Positions 19,740 through 30,084 of a stretch of 32,000 nucleotides of DNA are shown in pieces. The position numbers and the translations under genes were made by a program. This DNA is from a cyanobacterium endosymbiont of Epithemia turgida isolate EtSB Lake Yunoko (lineage in GTDB: Bacteria; Cyanobacteriota; Cyanobacteriia; Cyanobacteriales; Microcystaceae), in the NCBI RefSeq assembly GCF_000829235.1, contig NZ_AP012549.1:2160001-2192000 (forward strand). The letters run 5' to 3'. The notes below the pieces were generated by a model. That model did no database searches, was not told where the DNA came from, and worked only from the letters and a program-made list of their open reading frames with translations. Numbering within the stretch: the first letter of the stretch is position 1; every line of letters begins with the position of its first letter.

Positions 19740-20585
19740 ATGAATACAAAACACAATACTCAATATAGACAAGGTTGGTCACTTGATGAGCGTGATCCAA
19801 GGTTTATCGCTTCATTGATGCCTTATTGGGAATGGTTTTATAAATACTATTTTCGAGTAAAGACTGACGGTTGGCATCATATTCCCGAAAAAGGCCCTTT
19901 ACTATTGGTAGGATCCCACAATGGGGGACTAGCTTCTCCTGATACATCTATGATGATGTATGACTGGTTTTGTCGTTTTGGCATTGAACGTCCTGTCTAT
20001 GGGTTAATGCATCAGTCTGTCTGGACCATTAATCCATCAGTAGCCAACCTAGCCGTGCAAGTAGGAGCAGTTCGCGCTCATTCTAGAATGGGAATTGCCG
20101 CTTTAAGACGAAAGGCTAGTGTTTTAGTTTATCCAGGGGGGGCGCAAGATGTGTTTCGTCCCTATATAAATCGCCATAAAATTGAGTTGGCTGGACGTAA
20201 AGGCTTCCTTAAATTGGCATTGCGTGAAAAATCTCCCATTGTCCCTGTAATTTCTGTGGGATCGCATGAAACCTTGATAGTATTGTGGGATTGTTATCAA
20301 CAAGCGAAGCAATTGAACGAATGGGGAATATTACCTTGGTTATTTAATATTGATCCTGAAGTGTTTCCCATCTATTTAGGGTTGCCTTGGGGCGTTGGTA
20401 TTGGAGCCCTTCCTAATTTTCCCCTTCCTGTCATGATTCATACTCGTGTCTGTCCTCCTATTATTTTTGAACGCTATGGCAGAGAGGCAGCTAGTGATCG
20501 CTTTTACGTTGATGCCTGTTATGAGTTAGTGCGATCACAGATGCAACAGCATTTGGATCAATTGGTAATTGATAGTCAAAATTGA
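19740..20585 (+). CDS. DGAT2-like acyltransferase (Slr2103-type neutral-lipid / acyl-plastoquinol / phytyl-ester synthase family)
   Basis: 281 aa. The segment YPGGAQDVFRP...GRKGFLKLALREKSPIVPVISVGSHE closely resembles the DGAT2/MGAT core (GGxxE...RKGFVKLAL...VPxxxFGE). The family assignment is from recollection. Confidence 0.6.
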   Translation: MNTKHNTQYRQGWSLDERDPRFIASLMPYWEWFYKYYFRVKTDGWHHIPEKGPLLLVGSHNGGLASPDTSMMMYDWFCRFGIERPVYGLMHQSVWTINPSVANLAVQVGAVRAHSRMGIAALRRKASVLVYPGGAQDVFRPYINRHKIELAGRKGFLKLALREKSPIVPVISVGSHETLIVLWDCYQQAKQLNEWGILPWLFNIDPEVFPIYLGLPWGVGIGALPNFPLPVMIHTRVCPPIIFERYGREAASDRFYVDACYELVRSQMQQHLDQLVIDSQN

Positions 20586-20684
20586 TTAATGATATTTAGA
20601 AAAGTTAAGCTACTTTTCCCGATTACAGTGGACTTCATTCATTGCAATTAAATTTACATTCACTCACATAAATAGAAACTTCTT

Positions 20685-20710
20685 AAGTTGAGTAAGTACT
20701 CAACTTTTTT
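20685..20710 (+). terminator. Rho-independent terminator of the acyltransferase gene
   Basis: Stem AGTTGAGT/ACTCAACT with loop AAGT (20686-20705), followed by a T6 run. It lies about 100 nt after the stop codon. Confidence 0.7.
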
Positions 20711-21033
20711 AAAATTTGATTAAGTAAACGATTTTATCGGTACTGAAGCAACTTTCCATATATCAACAATTGAGACCACCATTTTGGTCAAAAAATAGCA
20801 ATAAATAAGACTGAATTATTTTTTACCCAAAATTAAGATAATACTTATTAAGTAAATAGAAATAATAAATCAGTCGAGCATAAAGGTTGATTGAACAATT
20901 TTAAGCACTTCAATTTCTAGAATATCGGAGTAGAATAGATAAAACTAATGTGGTTTATCCTAAAATAATACAGTGATATCATTACCTAGTATATAAGCTC
21001 CATATAAAGATTCTATTTGACTAGATTAGAAAA

Positions 21034-21085
21034 TTGTGTTAAAAACATCCTCTTTTTATATAGAAAGAGGATGTTTTTAACACAA
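21034..21085. repeat. 52-nt palindrome with 22-bp perfect arms, orphan hairpin in a gene desert
   Basis: TTGTGTTAAAAACATCCTCTTT (21034-21055) is the exact reverse complement of AAAGAGGATGTTTTTAACACAA (21064-21085). The central 8 nt are also nearly self-complementary, with one G-T pair. Confidence 0.9.
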
Positions 21086-22795
21086 ATATTACTTATATAA
21101 CATAATAAACGTGACTTTATAAATAAGTTAACTAGGTACTATCTAGGAATATATAAAATAATTACTATATGTCTAAATGCCTAAAAATTACTCGATAAAA
21201 AATAATTATTCTCAGTGAAAATACTTTAAAATAGTATCCTAATTAACTATAATTTAAAATCCATAAAGTACTAAAAAACCTATTCAAAAATACTTCATAT
21301 ATTTAGAATATAAAGTTGTCAATTCTATATAGCTATTTCAGTAGATAGTAGTAATATTTAATGAATAGATAATTTATTTTTACTTGAAATTATAGGTTTT
21401 TATTGGCTTGATTTTATTTAAATATTAATTATTTTGTAACAATAAAATTCAATAATATTGATTATTCAATACCATTTATGATTTTAACTTTTTAAAACTA
21501 ATTTAAATCTACTATTATTTTATTATGTATAGCATTAAAAATAACAGATACTCTTATTTTTAAATTGAGACTTATCGATTTTTGGCTATTCCTAGTATGG
21601 AAATAATTTTTTGGTAATTAGATAATGTATAAAATATTTCTAATAAAATATTAAAACCTGAACGCTTAGATTTAGAAATAAAATATTGGGGATAGAAGTA
21701 TAAATGACGCTTAACTATTGATTTGTTTACAGTAATCAAAATACATACATTTATTCTGAATTTTAGCAATTACTTTGCGTTTTTATATGGCCTATTTTAA
21801 AGTTTATTTATTAATATTGAATTTTTGAAATTAACTAAATTTAAAGAAGTTAGTATAAATCTGTATAAACTACAAGTAATTGTACATAAAATATGTACTA
21901 TTCTATTAGTAGATATGATAACTTTACAAGTTATTGTAGTTATTATTAAAAATAGATCACGAAATGTTTTAATAGAGCTAAGCATAAAGACTATAACTAA
22001 TTAACTTAGTCTCTTCGTTTGAGAATGCTTATAAAGTCAGAACAGTAAAGAACTTAATTTTAGTTGAGTAAAGCTTAAAAAACTACTTAAATAGATTGTC
22101 AGCAATGGAATGGAAGGTTTAGAAAACTGCCATGTATTTTAAGATTGTCTTTTTAAACAGTTCACACAGCAATTTATCTATAGAGCAAGTTTAAATTAAT
22201 ATAATTATGGGATACTCTCCTAAGTTGTGGATAAAATTAGTTTAAAATATCTAGATAAATTAAGCTTTAATTTCTAGTAAAAAAACAAATTTTAAATATT
22301 AATTATATTGAAAGATATCTTAAGTCTATAGCTATATTTTTACTCTAAAGATTAAAAGTTATTAGTTTTTAAGACTTACCGAATAAGTATAAATTATCAA
22401 TAACTATCGTACACAATGTTTAATAATTTTAAAATAAATAAAATTATTATTAAAAATCACAACTTAATAAAGTTAATTAACGAAAACCTAAACATAATAG
22501 TCTAAATCCTATTGAACAAGATTTTAAAATAGTGTCAAATTTATGTTGACTAGTATATCTATTGTTTTTTAATTTAGTTTGAGTTTCTTACTAGAAGAAA
22601 TTTTTATCAGTATGAATCTATAGTTTTCCTGGTTTTGAAATAATCTAAGTATTATTTATTTTATGTCACTTAACTAATATTAATCTGCATATTTTATTCA
22701 ATTAATTAAGTTTTCAAGAAGAGATACAGTTTTTTATTGAAAATCACTGACTATAAACCTGAAATAAATTTTACTTATCCACTTATTCAATGAGG

Positions 22796-24721
22796 TTAAT
22801 GTTGTCCGTAAATTTCTATATCAGAAAAACTAAGAGAAGATTCAAGTTGTTTAATCTTAATTAAACTAATATAGTATTCATTAAGATAATATTGTTTCGC
22901 TTTTGAATCGATATCAATGTCAATATTTTTATATTTTTTATAAGAACATTTACTATACTTTTCCAATTTAGTTTTTTCCATAAATATCAAGGCACAGTGA
23001 ATTTGTAAAAGACTTCGGTGAATATTTTCTTGATGATTCTGACTGAGATAAAAAATATGATTGAATTGAGTTGTCGAATCAGAAATCTGTAAAACTTTAT
23101 CTTGTAAGAAAGAAATAAGACTATTAGGTTCATCATTTATATATTCTTTATTGTCTAAAATAATTTTCCATAAAAATAGATATTCAGATACACTAAAGGT
23201 TATATCTTTTTCTTCAAGTAAATTCAAGATTTTTTGACGATATTGAGGACAGTGACAATAAATTCGTAATAATAGTGCTTCAGCTTGTTGGAGAGAGGTA
23301 TCTTCGGCATAGGAATATTTTTTAATTCCTGAAGATAAGTGATTTTTGATAGTGAAAGATAAATTAGGTTTCTTGATTTGTTTTTGTAAATTTCTAATGT
23401 AAAAAGGTAAAGATAGTGTGTTTTTTAGACTCAAAATTTCAGCGCAGTAACGAATATAATAAGTCTGTTTATTATTATTTTCAATACGGTTCAATAGCTT
23501 AACCATTTCTTGCGCAACTTGTTCAAAATGCTCTGCTTTTTTGAGATTTTTATCAACTAATAATTGTTGAATTTGCCAGTCAAGCCAAAGAGGCGCATTA
23601 TCAATTAATTTACGGAAAGTTTCAACTGAATTCGGATTAGATTTTAAAAGTTCATCGGCATCCTTGGCATTGCCAAAGTTCAGAACTCTTAATTGTACTT
23701 GTCCTGAATAAATTAATGACTCAATATCAGCAATTGTCCGTTGTGTTGCTTTTTTTCCGGCTGGATCTGAATCAAAATTTAAGATAACCTGTTTAGAATC
23801 AGTATATTTAAATAATTGTTTTAACTGTGTTTTACTCAAAGTAGTTCCTAGGGCCGCTACCGTATTGGTAATTCCTACAGCATGGAGGGTTATTACGTCA
23901 AAATATCCTTCTACTACCACCACTTTATTCAAAGAACGAATAGTATTTTTAGCTTGATATAGGGCAAATAAAGTATTACTTTTTTTAAATAAAGTGGTTT
24001 CAGGGGAATTAAGGTATTTTGGCTGTTCACCTCCTAAAGTTCGACTTCCAAACCCAATTACTCGTCCTTGAAGATCAGTAATAGGAATAATCAGGCGATT
24101 ACGGAATCGATCATAATAACCGTTTTCACTTTTACGCACAGCAATTAACCCTGCTTCCTCAACTAAAACAATTGGATAACGTTTTTGTTTGATTAGGTAA
24201 TCATAGAGAGTTTCCCATCCTTCAGGGGCATATCCTATCTTAAATTGCTGTATCGTTTTTTCATCTAATTGACGTTCGCGTTCAAGATAACTAAGGGCAG
24301 TTTTTCCTTGAGGTTGATGAAGGGCATGTTGATAAAAACTAGTTGTTAGGGCAAGAATCTCATAGAGTTGTTCTCTTAAAGATAGCTGACGTTGTAATTC
24401 TTTTCGTTGTTGAGGTTCAAGTGTTTTAATTGGAACTTGATAATGTTTTGCTAGATCAAAAACAACATCACTAAAAGATTGTTTTTTTATTTCCATCAGG
24501 AACTTAATGGCATTTCCACCTTCACTGCAACCGAAACAATAATAAAGTTGTTTATGGACACTAACGCTAAAACTAGGCGTTTTTTCATCGTGAAAAGGGC
24601 ATAAACCAACATAGTCTTTACCCCTTTTTTTAAGAACTACATAATCTGAGATGACATCATAAATGTCAACCATTTTTTTTACCTTTTCAAGGGTATCAGG
24701 ATGAAGAAGAGGAATGTTCAT
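22796..24721 (-). CDS. dnaG: DNA primase DnaG
   Basis: 641 aa with the zinc ribbon CPFHDEKTPSFSV...CFGC, the TOPRIM motif VVVVEGYFDV and NFDSDPAG. The C-terminal half is very AT-rich and looks divergent. Confidence 0.93.
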   Translation of the reverse strand: MNIPLLHPDTLEKVKKMVDIYDVISDYVVLKKRGKDYVGLCPFHDEKTPSFSVSVHKQLYYCFGCSEGGNAIKFLMEIKKQSFSDVVFDLAKHYQVPIKTLEPQQRKELQRQLSLREQLYEILALTTSFYQHALHQPQGKTALSYLERERQLDEKTIQQFKIGYAPEGWETLYDYLIKQKRYPIVLVEEAGLIAVRKSENGYYDRFRNRLIIPITDLQGRVIGFGSRTLGGEQPKYLNSPETTLFKKSNTLFALYQAKNTIRSLNKVVVVEGYFDVITLHAVGITNTVAALGTTLSKTQLKQLFKYTDSKQVILNFDSDPAGKKATQRTIADIESLIYSGQVQLRVLNFGNAKDADELLKSNPNSVETFRKLIDNAPLWLDWQIQQLLVDKNLKKAEHFEQVAQEMVKLLNRIENNNKQTYYIRYCAEILSLKNTLSLPFYIRNLQKQIKKPNLSFTIKNHLSSGIKKYSYAEDTSLQQAEALLLRIYCHCPQYRQKILNLLEEKDITFSVSEYLFLWKIILDNKEYINDEPNSLISFLQDKVLQISDSTTQFNHIFYLSQNHQENIHRSLLQIHCALIFMEKTKLEKYSKCSYKKYKNIDIDIDSKAKQYYLNEYYISLIKIKQLESSLSFSDIEIYGQH

Positions 24722-24951
24722 TAATCAGAAAGTAACTTAAATGACTTAAATCTAAGTATAACTTAATTTGGAACCTGTTCATTACTTAGAATATTTTAAA
24801 TAATTACTGTTTTGATAAACCTAGAATAGGCAAATCCTAAATCTAGTGTAAATAATTATATATCGCAATATATCGCATATTTTTTATACAATTTAGAAAA
24901 TAAGACTAACTACTTTAGTATATATATTTTTTATTTAGAAATCTAAAAAAC

Positions 24952-24991
24952 TTAATTTCAGTTAATAAAATATTTTATTAACTGAAATTAA
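24952..24991. repeat. 40-nt perfect palindrome, about 230 bp upstream of the dnaG start
   Basis: TTAATTTCAGTTAATAAAAT (24952-24971) is the exact reverse complement of ATTTTATTAACTGAAATTAA (24972-24991). Confidence 0.9.
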
Positions 24992-25525
24992 TATAATTTT
25001 TATTTTAACTACTTGCATATTTTACATTAATTGGTGCTTAAATTTTTTTTATAAACACGTAATTTAAAGATAAATATTAATAATAGAATTACCCTATCAG
25101 AGGATAATTAAATTTAATTATCACTTATATAGAATAATATTATGGGCTCGATTTAGATGAAAAATAATATTTTTTATTTACAAATATATTTTAAAGACTT
25201 AATCTTACTTTTTTTATATCTTATTATAATTTATTGAAAATAATGAGATTAATTATTATATAAAAAAATGGAATAAACTTTGAAAAATAATTTCTTATAA
25301 TATTTAGTTATTAATACTGCTGTTTTATATTTAATCAAGTAAAAAATACTACTAATTAGTATAATATATACATAGTTTTAAGGAAAATATTTTTTACTTA
25401 ATATTTAAATTATCCATATTTTTCTATTAAATATAAACAACAATAATAAATTTTTTATGATTTGGTTGATAGTACTAATAGCTATTTAAAGATTAATATT
25501 TTAAATTATAATCTTGTCAGGGTTA

Positions 25526-25566
25526 ACTGTTAGGAAAAAATTGTTAAACAATTTTTTCCTAACAGT
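25526..25566. repeat. 41-nt perfect palindrome (20-bp arms), terminator-like on the + strand
   Basis: ACTGTTAGGAAAAAATTGTT, a central A, then AACAATTTTTTCCTAACAGT. Followed by ATTTTTCC. Confidence 0.9.
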
Positions 25567-25696
25567 ATTTTTCCTCCTCACCCTACTATATAGGTTTTAG
25601 CTTCTAATTTTTAAAAAGCAACAGTTCGATTTATGTCTTTTCTCCGAGGAACTATAAATAATAAGTTTAAGCAGCTAAATCTATATTAATACTGGG

Positions 25697-25732
25697 TTTT
25701 TAAAGCAATACTTGTCAGTATTACTTTAAAAA
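25697..25732. repeat. Long imperfect hairpin (about 16 bp, one C-A mismatch)
   Basis: TTTTTAAAGCAATACT, loop TGTC, then AGTATTACTTTAAAAA. Confidence 0.7.
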
Positions 25733-26319
25733 TAAAAAGTTTAAAATCTAAAATAATATATAAAAATATTAGAAGTTTTATTGGTAAAACGTATAGAAAT
25801 TATCTAAACATTTAAAAAATTATTAACATGTACATGAGTATTTTGGTTACAACAGACTAATAATTCTCTATTTGATTTAAATTTTGATAGTAAGGAAAAA
25901 ATACTATAATTTACACTTGTTTTTTTACTATTTAATACTTTTTTTATAGTGTTTTTTATGTAAAATAGCATCATGAAAAATAATAATATCTACTTATTTT
26001 TATTAACAGTTACCTTGTATATAACTAATTTTAAAATTAATTTTTAATATTATTATTTCTCTATTACTATAACTGTACAAAAAAATAATGACCTACATTA
26101 TGCTTTATATCAATATTTACTTCTATATTTTAATCTTTTTTTATTCATGAATAATTATTATTCAAACTTATTTTTATATATGATATGCATAAGTTTTTAT
26201 TTAAGATCTTCTTTAGTTCATAAATTACTGCTGTGTAGTTTATTGTTATTTTTAAGTATAAATACTATCTATTAATTTAAATAAACTATATTTAAACTTT
26301 ATTTCATACCTTAAAAGCT

Positions 26320-26366
26320 ATACAAGTAAGGCATAAAAGTCATTTTATGCCTTACTTGTATTTTTT
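26320..26366 (+). terminator. Orphan strong intrinsic-terminator-like hairpin (19-bp perfect stem plus T6)
   Basis: ATACAAGTAAGGCATAAAA (26320-26338), loop GTCA, then TTTTATGCCTTACTTGTAT (26343-26361), followed by TTTTTT. There is no ORF upstream. It lies about 330 bp upstream of the ABC ATPase start. Confidence 0.7.
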
Positions 26367-26692
26367 ATCCACTTAAGATAATTTAAGCGAAACTTGATAG
26401 GTTATTAACTGATTGATTCGTTTGTTTAATGTAAACGATTGCCTCTCTATAGTTGCGATCTATATTTATGTAATTCAGTAGCTATGATAACTAATTGCTA
26501 AGCTAAAAACGAACTAATGATGACCTAATTTTTAAATTTTGTTAGTATATATAAAAAAAAAGTATTTAACTTTAGTTAAAGGGCTCAATCTCAAATCTTA
26601 AATTAAATCCCAATGAAACCTAACTTAATTATTAAATCTTATTTGAGAAAGAATCCATTACAATAAGTCTTAAACCTAATGGACTAGGAATT

Positions 26693-28588
26693 ATGAGTGA
26701 TACTATCCTCAATGTTTGTAACCTTCGTGTTGAGTTTCCTCAAGAGAAAAAATCTGACCCTGTTGTTGCTGTAAATGAAATTAGTTTTCAACTCAAACGA
26801 GGGGAAATTTTAGGCATTGTTGGGGAGTCAGGTTCAGGAAAATCCATCACTTCTCTAGCAATTATGGGGTTAATCCCTATTCCTGGTCAAATCACCAAGG
26901 GAGAAATTAACTTTTATTCGGCTGAAACTCCAGAAAAACTTAGTGAACTTAAACGGGATGCGAAAAAATGGCAAGATTATCGGGGCAGAAAAATTGCCAT
27001 GATTTTTCAAGAACCCATGAGCTCTTTTAATCCGGTGTATACTATTGGCTATCAATTAATAGAAGCTATTCAACTTCATCAAAAATATATTACCAATCAA
27101 CAGGCAAAAAATCAGGCGATCACCCTTTTTCAAAAAGTTCAAGTTTTTCCTAGTGATGAAAGATTGGAGCAGAAATATTTAACTAATATTTTTCCTGAAA
27201 AAAAAAATATATCCGGACCAGTTAGCAAAGAAATAAAGAATTATGTTAATCAGGAAAAAGAGGCTTTTTTAAGACGTTATCCCCATGAATTATCAGGAGG
27301 ACAACTACAACGGGTGATGATTGCAATGGCAATTTCCTGTAACCCAACTCTTCTCATTGCCGACGAACCGACTACAGCTCTTGATGTTACTGTTCAAGCA
27401 GAAATTTTAAGATTATTGAAAGATTTATGTAAAAGTGAAGAACATCAAGATATGTCAATGATCTTTATATCCCATGACTTAGGTGTTATAAATAAAATTG
27501 CTGATAAAGTCATAGTAATGTACCAAGGAAAAATTGTTGAACAAGGCTATAAAGATCAAATTTTCTATCATCCTCGACATGAATATACAAAAGGGTTACT
27601 AGCTTGTCGTCCCCGTTTAGAACCTCAATTAGATCGACTACCGACTGTCGGGGATTTTCTAAGATCTTATAAGACTGATTCTCAAGAAGATAATCAACTC
27701 AAAAAAATAAAGTATAGAATAATTTCTCCTGAAGATAAACAGCAACGTTTAGTAACCTTATTGCAAAAAAATGAACCATTATTAAGAGTTAATAACCTAA
27801 CAGTTGAGTTCAGTAAATCTGGGTTTTTAAAACGAAAAAAAGATAATTTTAAAGCAGTAAATGATATTAGCTTTGAGGTTTATCCAGGAGAAACACTAGG
27901 ACTAGTGGGGGAATCTGGTTGTGGAAAATCCACTGTGGCAAGGACAATTTTACGGTTAATTCCTACGACAAAAGGACAAATTTACTTTAAAAAACATCCC
28001 ATTCATAAATATTCTAGTAATAGCAAATTATTGCGTCATTTACGTAGAGAAATGCAAATTATCTTTCAAAATCCCTATAATTCTCTTAATCCTCGTTTGA
28101 CCATTGGTCAGGCTATAGGTGAACCTATGGTCATTCATAAAACTGGAGGAAATACTAACCAGAGAAAAGAACGGGTGGCTTATCTTTTAAATAAAGTAGG
28201 TTTAGACGCTAATTTGCGTAACCGTTATCCCCATGAATTTTCGGGAGGGCAAAGACAACGGATTTGTATTGCCAGAGCATTGGCACTCAATCCTCAGTTT
28301 ATAATATGTGATGAGTCCGTGTCGGCTTTAGATGTATCGGTACAAGCACAAGTATTAAATCTATTAAAAGACTTGCAAGACGAATTGCAATTAACTTATA
28401 TTTTTATTTCTCATGATCTAAGTGTGGTAAGGTTTATGAGTGATCGTATTATGGTAATGAATCAAGGAAAAATAGAAGAACTGGCATCTGCTGACACTAT
28501 TGTTAATAGTCCTACCAAAGAATATACTCGAAAGTTAATTAATTCAATTCCCCATTTTCCAGAAGAACCTTTTTTGTTAGGAAATTAA
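26693..28588 (+). CDS. ABC transporter ATP-binding protein with duplicated NBDs (DppD/DppF- or GsiA-like fusion)
   Basis: 631 aa with two Walker A motifs (GESGSGKS, GESGCGKS), two signature motifs (LSGGQLQR, FSGGQRQR), two Walker B motifs (LLIADEPTTALD, FIICDESVSALD), and oligopeptide-type C-terminal extensions. Confidence 0.9.
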   Translation: MSDTILNVCNLRVEFPQEKKSDPVVAVNEISFQLKRGEILGIVGESGSGKSITSLAIMGLIPIPGQITKGEINFYSAETPEKLSELKRDAKKWQDYRGRKIAMIFQEPMSSFNPVYTIGYQLIEAIQLHQKYITNQQAKNQAITLFQKVQVFPSDERLEQKYLTNIFPEKKNISGPVSKEIKNYVNQEKEAFLRRYPHELSGGQLQRVMIAMAISCNPTLLIADEPTTALDVTVQAEILRLLKDLCKSEEHQDMSMIFISHDLGVINKIADKVIVMYQGKIVEQGYKDQIFYHPRHEYTKGLLACRPRLEPQLDRLPTVGDFLRSYKTDSQEDNQLKKIKYRIISPEDKQQRLVTLLQKNEPLLRVNNLTVEFSKSGFLKRKKDNFKAVNDISFEVYPGETLGLVGESGCGKSTVARTILRLIPTTKGQIYFKKHPIHKYSSNSKLLRHLRREMQIIFQNPYNSLNPRLTIGQAIGEPMVIHKTGGNTNQRKERVAYLLNKVGLDANLRNRYPHEFSGGQRQRICIARALALNPQFIICDESVSALDVSVQAQVLNLLKDLQDELQLTYIFISHDLSVVRFMSDRIMVMNQGKIEELASADTIVNSPTKEYTRKLINSIPHFPEEPFLLGN

Positions 28589-28619
28589 ATTTCTTAAAGC
28601 TTAAGAAATTTAATTTTTT
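28582..28619 (+). terminator. Rho-independent terminator of the ABC ATPase gene, overlapping its stop codon
   Basis: TTAAATTTCTTAA (28585-28597), loop AGC, then TTAAGAAATTTAA (28601-28613), followed by T6. The stem is AT-rich. Confidence 0.6.
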
Positions 28620-30084
28620 GTAAAAATTATCTCGTAAATATATGATTTATTATTAATATTAATTAACTCTTTATATGGTCCGTTATCTATCTCCTCTTCT
28701 TTGATAAAGTCATTGATTAGTAGCCGGCACGAAGTATACTATACAAATTTATGTTGTTGTATCATATTTATTTGCTTCAGTCATCCTTATGACTTGCACA
28801 ATTCTTCTTGAGAGCCGCCATTGATCAATTATTCTAAAAAGAGTATTTTTACGTGACCTCAAATATTTTCAAATCCACTTTCCTATTTTTATCACAGAAT
28901 AGAAATTAAAGAATATTCTTCAATATTATGGAGTTAATTTTTTCAGTGATTTATTAAACAAAGAAAATGGATTGATAATAGACAATAACTTCAGCTATAT
29001 TAGCAACTTTTCAAAGTTAACAGATTACTTGTCACACGTGTAAGATTTTGTCGTGAGCCTAAGCCAAACGGTCTACACCATAGTCAAGCATGAAGGTTAC
29101 TTTCGTGGAAAAAATCTCATAAGTTGAGACTGTCTTTGATGTTGGTGTTATCGTTTTGAATAAATCTTTAATTTATCTGTCTACAATCGCTTATTAGGCT
29201 ATAAATGGCGGATATTTTGAAGTACATGATTCCCCTTAAAATATGATTTCTTAGATTTTTTAAGGGGTAATCGTCCATATTCAATAAGTAATTGAAACTA
29301 TTAAACTTCATGATTAACCATAAATATTTTAAGGATTAGAGGTAGAAGTTATCTTTGGTTTAGTTTTATTTGTGATCATAGTATAAAGACCTTTAAAGTA
29401 AAAAAAATTGAAGTACAATCTTTTTGATTATTATTACTAATTCTGGGCTAAAAAAATAAGTTATTTATATTTAACTAATAAACAGAATTTTTATTTTTAA
29501 TAAAAACTAAGTCTTAGATCATTATTTAATTCAAAACTTGTTTTTAAAAAATAAATTAAAAATTTTATTATTTGGGGTAAAAGTAACCTTAATAAATAGC
29601 TATTCTCATATTTCACCCCAAGAAAATTATAAACTTGGTAGTCACTTATTCAATCAAACACCTAATTATTATACAGTTTTTTGGGGATAAAAAATAAACT
29701 TATTGACACTAATTAGCTATTTTTTAAAAAGCTAATACTTAGTCTAAGGTTTTCCAAAATAGTTCTAGATACCCTTTTGAATTGGTGTATTTTTGAGAAA
29801 ATTAGTAAGATTTTCTCAGCCTAGCATAATTTAACTTTTAATTTTTTGTTTAAATTTGTTTATTATTTTATCTCTCTAACTAGTATTTTCAGTGTTATCA
29901 ATTTATAGGTTAATTTTTTGAAAATAATTTAATTTATTACCAACTTGTCTCATTACAATGATCAATAGGCAACAGGCATCTATCACACCTAACCTTTTGC
30001 ATTATGTCTACTCATAGACGGTTGTTTTCAGTGCCTAAGTCACGAGATAATGTTCATAGATAACTTCTAACTTCTGACTAGCCC

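Noticed and set aside
20124-20312. 62-aa - strand ORF
   Set aside because: It is antisense within the DGAT2-like acyltransferase CDS.
17935-20585. The GC-richer block (small ORF, argJ, acyltransferase) as a horizontally acquired island
   Set aside because: ArgJ and the acyltransferase look like ordinary cyanobacterial core proteins. There are no integrase, tRNA-flank or direct-repeat boundaries. The Ala/Gly-rich composition of ArgJ explains much of the GC excess.
21572-21985. Two adjacent desert ORFs (65 aa and 62 aa, - strand)
   Set aside because: Their translations are low-complexity and I/L/K/N/F-rich, as expected from AT-rich DNA, with no RBS and no motifs. A rough estimate uses a stop-codon frequency of about 0.1 per codon over about 20,000 codon positions in the deserts. 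That predicts a few stop-free runs of about 60 codons by chance.
24858-24877. Tandem 10-nt duplication (ATATATCGCA x2) considered as a CRISPR or tandem-repeat seed
   Set aside because: There are only two copies with no spacers and no cas genes. I found no repeat-spacer periodicity anywhere in the deserts.
16719-26373. DnaA-box-like 9-mers suggesting a replication origin
   Set aside because: The sites are perfect TGTGGATAA at 16719-16727 and 22226-22234, and 8/9 matches TTATCCACT at 22775-22783 and 26365-26373. They are scattered over 10 kb rather than clustered. A composition-based estimate gives roughly 0.4 perfect hits expected per window on both strands, so two is not compelling. There is no dnaA or dnaN nearby.
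26870-27055. 61-aa - strand ORF
   Set aside because: It is antisense within NBD1 of the ABC ATPase.
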